A stretch of DNA of 64,000 bases from a virus: the IMG/VR virus record IMGVR_UViG_3300005537_000002, positions 1-64,000 of that record. The stretch is one strand, 5' to 3'. How positions within the stretch are numbered: position 1 is the first letter of the stretch; every line of letters begins with the position of its first letter. Below are positions 7,512 through 15,201 of this stretch, piece after piece. The translations under genes were made by a program, and so were the position numbers. Below the pieces are notes generated by a model. That model was not told the origin of the DNA. It searched no databases and worked only from the letters and a program-made list of their open reading frames with translations.

Positions 7512-8675
7512 ATGAGAGTGACGTGTGCGTTAACTGGTTGCGATAGTGTCGTACGTAGTTCGGGTAAGTTCTGCTCTAACGCATGTAAGCAGAAGGCATA
7601 CCGAAGACGTATACACGGCATCTCACAACATCCTGATATCCAGTTGTACTGTGGACTCAGCGAAAGGGACTGGAACCATCACAGCGCCGAAACTGGTACT
7701 CATGTATGCATATCGCCTGTCAACGTTCGGACGAGAGGCGGAGTTAAGAGCGGTCGGGAGACTAACCTGTACGTAGATACGTCCAAGGTCACCCACATAC
7801 TACTAGACAGTGGAGCATTCTGTGACAGCATCGAGATAGCACAGGGTGAGATCGTTCGGGATGGTAGGTTGTCGTTTCCTCATGCGTTGGATAGACAAAT
7901 AGCACATGCTTTTAAGTACCACTACTGGAGGCAGGTAGAGACTATCGTCAGCTACGACCTGCTTATCGACGAGACCTGGACCGATGGCGAGAGGCATAAA
8001 CTGAGATGGTCGTCTGAAGCTGCCGAGTATGCTGTACGTGAAACCATTGAAGCAGCAGAGTATCTAGTTCGGCAGCGTAGACGTATAGACAGAGTGTTCG
8101 GTCACCACGTACCTCTGTGCTTACCTGCGCAGGGTGTAGATGCCCACCAGTACGTACGCTGCACTCAAGGGATTGTACCGCTGATGGAGCAGGGTGACAT
8201 CTTCGGTCTAGGAGGCTGGTGTATCTCAGGTAAGATGCGCAGCAGTATGCTGCATGCTGCGTCTGAGATACTACCCCATACATTCAGGGTACTCAGTACA
8301 GGAGGGGTTACACGAGTACATGTGTTCGGTGTCATACTACCTGCACTACTAGGTTACCTACTGTACCTGTGTGACTCCTACGGTATGTCCCTATCGACAG
8401 ATAGTGCAGGACCTCATGTAGAGCCAGCGGCTCATGGTACTTGGGGATACGGCTCATGGTATGATCCCTACTATACCATACCGCCTGTACTAGATACTTG
8501 CAGGGTGGTAGATAGTACCGGGAGGAAAGCCCCCACCTGTGCTATACACGGGGGCTGCAGAGGGTTAGAACGTTGTAGACATGTGCAACTAACACGGAAC
8601 TACCTGGCGAACTTTAGGGAAAGGGAGCCTCAACTGTACGGACCTCTTGATAAGCCGTATGTGATTCCATTATAA
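7512..8675 (+). CDS. tRNA-guanine transglycosylase (TGT/DpdA)-like protein with N-terminal zinc finger
   Basis: TIM-barrel TGT-like motifs LLDSGAF, SYDLLID, LPAQG, FGLGG, HVFGV, STDSAG; N-terminal CALTGC...FCSNACKQKAYRRR. Confidence 0.65.
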   Translation: MRVTCALTGCDSVVRSSGKFCSNACKQKAYRRRIHGISQHPDIQLYCGLSERDWNHHSAETGTHVCISPVNVRTRGGVKSGRETNLYVDTSKVTHILLDSGAFCDSIEIAQGEIVRDGRLSFPHALDRQIAHAFKYHYWRQVETIVSYDLLIDETWTDGERHKLRWSSEAAEYAVRETIEAAEYLVRQRRRIDRVFGHHVPLCLPAQGVDAHQYVRCTQGIVPLMEQGDIFGLGGWCISGKMRSSMLHAASEILPHTFRVLSTGGVTRVHVFGVILPALLGYLLYLCDSYGMSLSTDSAGPHVEPAAHGTWGYGSWYDPYYTIPPVLDTCRVVDSTGRKAPTCAIHGGCRGLERCRHVQLTRNYLANFREREPQLYGPLDKPYVIPL

Positions 8676-8676
8676 T
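8647..8676 (+). promoter_or_regulatory. Sigma70-type promoter
   Basis: CTC-TTGATA-N18-TATAAT. Confidence 0.7.
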
Positions 8677-8711
8677 ATAATTATATAATCGTATTATAAT
8701 GGAGGTCTAGC

Positions 8712-9527
8712 GTGCAGATACCCCTAATTACCTACGAGTCTACAGGAGCTCCTTCGTATGAGTGGACATACGAAGTGTTCATTCGAAGAGGAGTACGTCT
8801 AAAGGAGCTGTCGTCTATATTAGAGTGGTCACACGAAGCGGCTTGTTTACTTGTCTGGTATCACGGTCTGCAGTACGGACGACAACGCCAACGTACTAGG
8901 AGTGAATTCACTCGAGTAGACGGTGTACGGCTACGACAAATCTACTCGGAAGATTTGTGGCGTATAGAGGATGTCATATCCGAGTTAGGACTTCGTGACC
9001 CCCAAGAGATGTATAACTGGTTACAACTCTTTAACATACCTCGGAGAAGAAGGCAAGTGCTACTTCAAGTCAGTGACGACGAGTGGATCGCAGCAGCTGA
9101 AAGTGACATGACTGTTTCGGAAATATGCAGACAGTTCGGGGTAACCGCGGACTACCTGTACAGACAGTGGCGCAGACTAGGTATACGTAGTCTGGATCAG
9201 CGGAGAAAAGCCGTGCAAGAGTTTAGAGAGGTTGCTACTTACGATCTCTTATACAAGTGGGTGCACGTACACGGTTTCTCCCCTCGAGAACTGGCTAGTA
9301 AGTTTGGCATAGCAGTATCTACAGTTAGTAGACATATGAAGTTACTAGGTGTACCTCGGAATACGCAAGATACGTATCGGCCTAGGGGAGGAAGTACGGT
9401 ACACGCAGATACTCTTAGGTACTGGTACGTGACCGAACGCAGAACTTTAGAGTGGATTGCAGATAAAGTAGGTGGAGAACCCTCCGGAGTATACAGAGCG
9501 TTGGTGCGACTCGGTATTATAGAATAG
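8712..9527 (+). CDS. Multi-HTH repeat DNA-binding protein (no nuclease domain)
   Basis: Repeats such as ATYDLLYKWVHVHGFSPRELASKFGIAVSTV and ADTLRYWYVTERRTLEWIADKVG resemble the N-terminal repeats of the intron HNH. RBS GGAGG. Confidence 0.65.
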   Translation: MQIPLITYESTGAPSYEWTYEVFIRRGVRLKELSSILEWSHEAACLLVWYHGLQYGRQRQRTRSEFTRVDGVRLRQIYSEDLWRIEDVISELGLRDPQEMYNWLQLFNIPRRRRQVLLQVSDDEWIAAAESDMTVSEICRQFGVTADYLYRQWRRLGIRSLDQRRKAVQEFREVATYDLLYKWVHVHGFSPRELASKFGIAVSTVSRHMKLLGVPRNTQDTYRPRGGSTVHADTLRYWYVTERRTLEWIADKVGGEPSGVYRALVRLGIIE

Positions 9528-9534
9528 TCCGCTC

Positions 9535-9564
9535 TTGATTTTCTCATACTGACACTCTTATAAT
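9535..9564 (+). promoter_or_regulatory. Sigma70-type promoter
   Basis: CTC-TTGATT-N18-TATAAT. Confidence 0.7.
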
Positions 9565-9583
9565 TATTGAAACTGATAAAGGA

Positions 9584-9961
9584 GTGTCAATGTCCCACGC
9601 CTTATACCACGCAAAATCCTCCGCTAAGCGTTTCGGTGGCGAGCCAGAAGACTACATGGCTCTGCATGAATGGTTAGATCATACTAAAGCACACTTCGCA
9701 GACGCTAGACACAGACTCTTACTACATAACTCCTGGGGTATTTTTCTAGCCGAACAGGTACTTGGTAAAGTGTTAGTGAGAGCTTCAGACGGTAAGGAAG
9801 TCCCTACTCGCACTGTGCTAGAACGTCATGTGTTAGAGGACTTAGGTCGCATCCCGACACTCGAACAGTGCTTATCCCAGGTGTCGCTAAAGCCTTGGAT
9901 GTATAAGAATGCCGAACAGTTGAGTACTAAGGGGGAAGAGTACCTTGAACACACTAACTAG
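9584..9961 (+). CDS. DUF6915-like protein
   Basis: SHALYHAKSSAKRFGG...LHEWLDHTK...RHRLLLHNSWGIF...ERHVLEDLGRIP, a His-rich signature recalled for DUF6915. Confidence 0.7.
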   Translation: MSMSHALYHAKSSAKRFGGEPEDYMALHEWLDHTKAHFADARHRLLLHNSWGIFLAEQVLGKVLVRASDGKEVPTRTVLERHVLEDLGRIPTLEQCLSQVSLKPWMYKNAEQLSTKGEEYLEHTN

Positions 9962-10421
9962 AACCCAACTGGAGCAGCTATCTGTAGAATCTGTTCGACT
10001 CTACAACTGGACCGTCGCTAGAGACTTCATCTACCAGATGTACGGAGACAAAGCTGTAACAGTACACTTCGACGTACACGGAGAGTCTGACGACGAAGGT
10101 GGATTAGTTTACAGTATAGACAACCTAATCGTACGTGATGAAGAGGATACCGAGCTGTATCCGGATACTACGCTACCTTTCTATCAGCTGTCTGAAGTGT
10201 ACACGGTTATGCGTACACTTACAGGTGAAGACGGATACTCAACCTATACTTGGGGTACAGCTACGTTTACCGGTGGGGATGTGATAGCTCTATTCGGTGA
10301 ACTGTACTTTACTGCCAATGACAAGGCTGACTGGGTAATGCTGGAAGATATCTCCGTAGAGGATGCCGACTACGACTTTCGAGCTCAACCCGTACTATCG
10401 TTTGAGGTTACGCCGATCTAG
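9945..10421 (+). CDS. Acidic hypothetical protein (partner of DUF6915-like gene)
   Basis: Overlaps the upstream stop; RBS GGGGAAG. Confidence 0.6.
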   Translation: MNTLTRTQLEQLSVESVRLYNWTVARDFIYQMYGDKAVTVHFDVHGESDDEGGLVYSIDNLIVRDEEDTELYPDTTLPFYQLSEVYTVMRTLTGEDGYSTYTWGTATFTGGDVIALFGELYFTANDKADWVMLEDISVEDADYDFRAQPVLSFEVTPI

Positions 10422-10442
10422 ACTTTAGTAAGTCCTACCCAC

Positions 10443-10471
10443 TTGATTTTAAGGTCAATGTCACATATAAT
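10443..10471 (+). promoter_or_regulatory. Sigma70-type promoter
   Basis: TTGATT-N17-TATAAT. Confidence 0.7.
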
Positions 10472-10542
10472 CTATATAGTGACAGAACTTGCTGACGAAT
10501 AGGTCATATCCCGTACAATACAGAACTGCTGACTGCCCCTCG

Positions 10543-10575
10543 AAAGACTCTGGTTTACTAACCAGAGTCTTTTTT
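10543..10575 (+). terminator. Intrinsic terminator
   Basis: AAAGACTCTGGT-TTACTA-ACCAGAGTCTTT-TTT. Confidence 0.8.
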
Positions 10576-10604
10576 GATGGTCGATATAGAAAGAAGTTTC
10601 CCTA

Positions 10605-11024
10605 ATGGCAACCGCTACAACAGTCTCAACCACAAAAGAGACCCAAGCATTTAGCGATGAAGATGTAGTCACTGTGCTACATGGTTGGGGTGTCGTAAGG
10701 CACAATGACAGACATTACATTGACAATATCCTCTTTGAAGGTGGAGTCGCGAGGAACGTTCCGTATACAATCGCTAAGCACTGGAAAGCCGGTACTAGAC
10801 CTGATGGCAAACCCGCTATTGGTCGTGTGAAGGTGCATCTGCTACCTAACGACGCTAACGAAGTCGAGTTTGCTAGAGCTACTGGCATTCAGCCTATGAA
10901 GACTAATGAACTGGCCGCTATGATACTGGCGACTGACAAGCAGGAGCTACTGAAGTCGTTAGGACCCCAACGTATGCTAGAACTGTCTCAAGAACTTAGC
11001 AAACTCGCTAAAGCTCAACTATAA
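10605..11024 (+). CDS. Hypothetical protein, start of the head-completion cluster
   Basis: 139-aa ORF; positional assignment only. Confidence 0.6.
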   Translation: MATATTVSTTKETQAFSDEDVVTVLHGWGVVRHNDRHYIDNILFEGGVARNVPYTIAKHWKAGTRPDGKPAIGRVKVHLLPNDANEVEFARATGIQPMKTNELAAMILATDKQELLKSLGPQRMLELSQELSKLAKAQL

Positions 11025-11105
11025 ACCCGCCCGCATGAAACAGCTAGGAGGAATATTCCTCCTTGTCGGTTGTGGTGCTACCACAACGGAAAGAGAGTAT
11101 GCATA

Positions 11106-12023
11106 ATGGCACGTTTAGCCCCCTCACTTGGACGAAGACGCGATTGGCCCCAAGTAGAGTCTATTAACGTCTCTAGCGTGGCAGCCGGATCTGCTACTGA
11201 CTATGAAAAGTGTATCTTTACCGTTCCGGATCTTACGAAGGTTAACCCAGCAGTTTCCGGTACTGCTGGTGATGTACCCATCAACTCTGTTGCAGTTCGT
11301 ATGATGTACATCATACCTGACACGACGATTACCGGGCAGGCTACAAACTTCTTCACGTTTAACTTCCTGCAAAGACGTAACCTAGCGGTCAACACGACTG
11401 GTCCATCGACTATCGCCTCTGGTTCACGTACGATCACCCCAGCTAGTATGAATAATATCAATCTTAACTCCGTACTAGTCATCGATACAGTCGCAAGCGG
11501 TGTACAAGAAACTGTGACAGTCTCCGCCGTTACAGCGACAACGTTCACAGCTACCTTCTCCAATGCTCACACGGGACCATTTCCGATCGTAAACGGTAAC
11601 CTAGCGTCATTCCCAGTAACAACGTCTTCTGCCACGACTGTGACTGCAGGTACGATGGCGGTTACACCACTAAGTATGTCTAATATCGCTATTGGCACCA
11701 CACTACGTTTCAGTGGAGGTACTGGTGCTACTGAAGACGTTATTGTAAATGCGGTAACTGCGACAACGTTCACAGCAACGTTCGCTAACGGTCACTCCGG
11801 TGCGTATACTATTACTAGTTCTCCAATTGGGTCAATCGTATTCAGTGCAGCTACTGTCGTAGCTACATCTTTGCTACCAACGCAGCTTAGCTTGATCGTA
11901 CCTCTAGGTACGTCTCCCCTGATCGCTGGGGACGTACTTACGCTGCAAAGAGTGTCGTCTAACGCTACTGGACTTGCTACTCCGGCTACGACAGCAATTG
12001 CGGAGTGGGTACCAATCAGATAA
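11106..12023 (+). CDS. Probable virion structural/decoration protein with two ~55-aa beta-rich repeats
   Basis: Thr/Ala/Val-rich; repeats ending VTATTFTATFxNxHxG (ORF track start 11070). Confidence 0.6.
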   Translation: MARLAPSLGRRRDWPQVESINVSSVAAGSATDYEKCIFTVPDLTKVNPAVSGTAGDVPINSVAVRMMYIIPDTTITGQATNFFTFNFLQRRNLAVNTTGPSTIASGSRTITPASMNNINLNSVLVIDTVASGVQETVTVSAVTATTFTATFSNAHTGPFPIVNGNLASFPVTTSSATTVTAGTMAVTPLSMSNIAIGTTLRFSGGTGATEDVIVNAVTATTFTATFANGHSGAYTITSSPIGSIVFSAATVVATSLLPTQLSLIVPLGTSPLIAGDVLTLQRVSSNATGLATPATTAIAEWVPIR

Positions 12024-12038
12024 GGTAGGTAGCTACAT

Positions 12039-12569
12039 ATGGCGACTAGACACGTAAGATACTCTCCAATTGGAGAGTATCAACCACTCCATATAACAGC
12101 GACTGGTACTCTCGTACCAGTCGGTAAGACTGTGAACACTACTGCATCCGCTGTCCTGTCAGGTAGTGGGGTAACTGTGACACCCGCATCGATGTCGAAC
12201 ATTACCGTTGGCATGTCGCTTAACTTTGCCAACGGTACTGGCACTGCGGAGAACGTTACTGTGCTTTCGACCACTGCGACGACGTTTACGGCTAACTTCG
12301 TAAACGGACATAGCGGTTCTTACAACATTACGTCCCTTAGCGGTACGTTTCTGGGGAGCATCGTAGTAGGAGCCGCAGGTACTGGAGTTGCGATTACACT
12401 CTACAACGGGTCACCTAATACCTTACCAAGTGCGGGTACAGCCTTTGCTGTCATTACGCCAACTGCAGGAACGTATACATTTAACTGCACACTCGACAAA
12501 GGACTATTCTACACCCTTACAGGCACAGCGGGTGACTACACGTTAATGTATTTAGATCACAGTGTATAA
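12039..12569 (+). CDS. Probable virion structural protein sharing the same repeat
   Basis: VTVTPASMSNITVG...TTATTFTANFVNGHSGSY. Confidence 0.6.
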   Translation: MATRHVRYSPIGEYQPLHITATGTLVPVGKTVNTTASAVLSGSGVTVTPASMSNITVGMSLNFANGTGTAENVTVLSTTATTFTANFVNGHSGSYNITSLSGTFLGSIVVGAAGTGVAITLYNGSPNTLPSAGTAFAVITPTAGTYTFNCTLDKGLFYTLTGTAGDYTLMYLDHSV

Positions 12570-12658
12570 AGAGACAGACCACTAACGGTCTCAAGCGATA
12601 GTGGTCTGTATCGTAATAGACCCTTCAGGATTCCACTGCAAAAGGTTTCTACATGTAT

Positions 12659-12688
12659 ATTATAAGGTAGTTTGATATGTAGAAACAA
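12659..12688 (-). promoter_or_regulatory. Antisense sigma70-type promoter within the structural operon
   Basis: Minus strand reads CCC-TTGTTT-N18-TATAAT. Confidence 0.6.
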
Positions 12689-12712
12689 GGGTACCCAAAC
12701 GGATGGTGTCGC

Positions 12713-13636
12713 ATGAATTTGTATGCTAGCGTGTTCGACTTCTACGGTAAGTCTGCGGGTCCGTTAGGATTGGAAGTCAACTCTCTAGTGGGAAACGTTG
12801 CTAGGCTATCGGGCAGTCACATACTAGGTGCTACTTCCCTTACGGTAGCACCTAGCACCACCGTACAACTCGAAGCCTACGACGACATCACCATCTTCGA
12901 CGGTGCACTGAGCGAGAGTGTAGTAGTCGCTAGCACAGTGCAAGTCGGTTCTTCCAGCATCCCACTGCAGTCCGGTCTACAAAACCCACACTCTTCCGGT
13001 ACAGCTTGGTGCTCCGACGGTATAATGGGGTCTCTTGCGGATTGCATCATCGACGGCTCAGCAGAACTCGAGAACATTATCCAGCAGTCGCTATGGGAAG
13101 CGACTCATAGCGAAACCATTCGTATGCCTTCTATGCGCGCATCTATTGACGAGGAGCAAAGACTAGTTATTATACCTAACTGGCAGCCTGTAAACTCAGT
13201 TTCAGCCATCTCTGTGAAGGCGTACAGCACACTGTCAGCTATTTATAACGTGCTACCGGTCATTTTTGATCCCACTCAAGTTATTTATGATATACGTAAG
13301 CAGATCATCTATGTACCGTGGCTCATCGCTGGCTTTGCTTACGGCGAAACATACTACAGTTTGCTGCCAACCGTTCTGCGCACTACGAAGCTGTTTCTGA
13401 CTGTCACTTACGATGCCGGCTACTCAGTATCGACTATGCCAGGAGCGATACGTCAGGCTGCTGTGCTATTAGCGAGTGACTATTTATCGAAGCGGTTGAA
13501 TCCTAGTGGCGCAGCGGACATTAGTTCTGGTGCAAGGCGACTCTCACCCGTAATCCGTACCGACCTTGCGGGTGAGAGTTTGCTCTACAAACGTGCGTTA
13601 CGACTGCTAAGCCACTACACCAACGTGTCATTCTAA
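12713..13636 (+). CDS. Head-tail connector/adaptor protein
   Basis: C-terminal VTYDAGY...MPGAIRQAAVLLASDYL, typical of gp15/gp6-like adaptors; position. Confidence 0.65.
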   Translation: MNLYASVFDFYGKSAGPLGLEVNSLVGNVARLSGSHILGATSLTVAPSTTVQLEAYDDITIFDGALSESVVVASTVQVGSSSIPLQSGLQNPHSSGTAWCSDGIMGSLADCIIDGSAELENIIQQSLWEATHSETIRMPSMRASIDEEQRLVIIPNWQPVNSVSAISVKAYSTLSAIYNVLPVIFDPTQVIYDIRKQIIYVPWLIAGFAYGETYYSLLPTVLRTTKLFLTVTYDAGYSVSTMPGAIRQAAVLLASDYLSKRLNPSGAADISSGARRLSPVIRTDLAGESLLYKRALRLLSHYTNVSF

Positions 13637-13646
13637 AGGGAGACTT

Positions 13647-13973
13647 ATGTCTGAGGATATCCGTGTAAACATCACGAGAGCGGGTGTAGATAATCCGATA
13701 GTGACTAATATACCTGTGCAACTAGACAAGTTAGGTGCACACGAGATCGTCACGTTTCAAGGTGCGGATCCTCACTTCACGTATAGGGCTATTACAGTTA
13801 TGCTACCGTTGAATAACTCGCAACTCATACTCTATAGGGATCATATGATCGATCAGGTAGTAGTAGACGCAGTTACTGGTAGCCTACGTAAGTATCTCAT
13901 TATAAGCGACCCCCAAATGCACATCTTTGCTGGTCACTGGGAGTGGATCTGTACTAGACAGAGAGGCAAATAA
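13647..13973 (+). CDS. Probable head-closure protein
   Basis: 108 aa, beta-rich, follows the adaptor. Confidence 0.5.
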   Translation: MSEDIRVNITRAGVDNPIVTNIPVQLDKLGAHEIVTFQGADPHFTYRAITVMLPLNNSQLILYRDHMIDQVVVDAVTGSLRKYLIISDPQMHIFAGHWEWICTRQRGK

Positions 13974-13974
13974 T

Positions 13975-14403
13975 ATGGGAGAACTGTCCATCAGCATAGC
14001 GTACGAACCAACGTCGTTGAAACGTTTGGGGAATATGCTAAAGGTGCATAGCTTCCTCGCGCCTGAACTATCGTCAACTATGCAGCAAATTGGAGATATC
14101 ATAGTAGCTGCTGCCGTTGCTAACACGTGGGCGGTCTTCGACGAACCAACTGGTACACTAGCGGACACGATAAAAGCTGTACTAAGTGGACCGTACGAAG
14201 TGACTATTGGTACTGACAGTCCGTATGGACTGCGTCGAGAGTATGGCTTTATGGGTATGACTGACTCGCTAGGTAGAGGACCCTACAACGATCCGGCGAA
14301 GCCTTATATGCAACCCGCGTTAGACGACAATGTAGATCAAATTAATGCTTTAATTAACGCCGCCGTTGCTAGAGGACTAGCTAACATGGGGCTAGCTATA
14401 TGA
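13975..14403 (+). CDS. HK97 gp10-like neck/tail-completion protein
   Basis: PTGTLADTI...VTIGTDSPYGLRREYG...PAKPYMQPAL motif (ORF track start 13927). Confidence 0.7.
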   Translation: MGELSISIAYEPTSLKRLGNMLKVHSFLAPELSSTMQQIGDIIVAAAVANTWAVFDEPTGTLADTIKAVLSGPYEVTIGTDSPYGLRREYGFMGMTDSLGRGPYNDPAKPYMQPALDDNVDQINALINAAVARGLANMGLAI

Positions 14404-14882
14404 GTAACTCACCAAATACTATAGCTATCATGACCGCCATTCAGGGTTATATGACCTCCCTTACGTGGGGTATCAACCAGAGTTTCGCTCAAGTACAGAT
14501 TGAGGAAATTAAAGACGTCACGGAGTCTGTAGCACAGGGGTCAGCGTGCCTAGAAATCTACGGAGCTTCCGACGATAGTCAGCACTTCACGTTTGGGGGT
14601 AAAGTGCGGGATGAGCAATCGTTTATCTTAATGGCGCTTGTCAGTAAGGATACTCCAGCTTATGCCCAACAAATCTATACTATTCGGGACGCTTTAATCG
14701 TCCCCTTCCAGACACACGCAACGCTAGGTAATGCCGGAACTGTGTATCATGCTCAAATTAAACCTGGGACTGGAGCGTATTTAGACGTCTTACGTAACAA
14801 CCAATGGCTACGTGGATATCGAGTACACATTATGACTAGACAAGAGTGGTTTGTTCCAACACCACCGGGAGTTATCTCATGA
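14400..14882 (+). CDS. Probable tail terminator protein
   Basis: Size and position between the gp10-like gene and the tail tube; ATGA overlap. Confidence 0.55.
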   Translation: MSNSPNTIAIMTAIQGYMTSLTWGINQSFAQVQIEEIKDVTESVAQGSACLEIYGASDDSQHFTFGGKVRDEQSFILMALVSKDTPAYAQQIYTIRDALIVPFQTHATLGNAGTVYHAQIKPGTGAYLDVLRNNQWLRGYRVHIMTRQEWFVPTPPGVIS

Positions 14883-15178
14883 GTACGCAAACATACGTCT
14901 TCTACGGTGCGGGAGGGGTCATTCCGGGAGTTGTGGGTCAGTTTAGCGCTAACACATACGTAACGATCGACACTACGACCATGCAAGTCGTCGGACAAGG
15001 TTTCCTACCTGTTGCAATGCCTATTACCGGGAGTGATGTAGACGCTACGTACATTGACTATGGAGAAGCCGGTGTCGTCCCGGACGTCGCAAATCAAGTT
15101 ATAGACATTGGTCAAGAGGAAGTGGTAGATGTTACCACTGACACTGTGCTCCAAGACAAGTTTCTATCGTCTCAATAA
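14879..15178 (+). CDS. Small hypothetical structural protein
   Basis: ATGA overlap with the upstream stop (ORF track start 14846). Confidence 0.55.
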   Translation: MSTQTYVFYGAGGVIPGVVGQFSANTYVTIDTTTMQVVGQGFLPVAMPITGSDVDATYIDYGEAGVVPDVANQVIDIGQEEVVDVTTDTVLQDKFLSSQ

Positions 15179-15201
15179 CGTATAAAAAGGGGATGTAGTT
15201 T

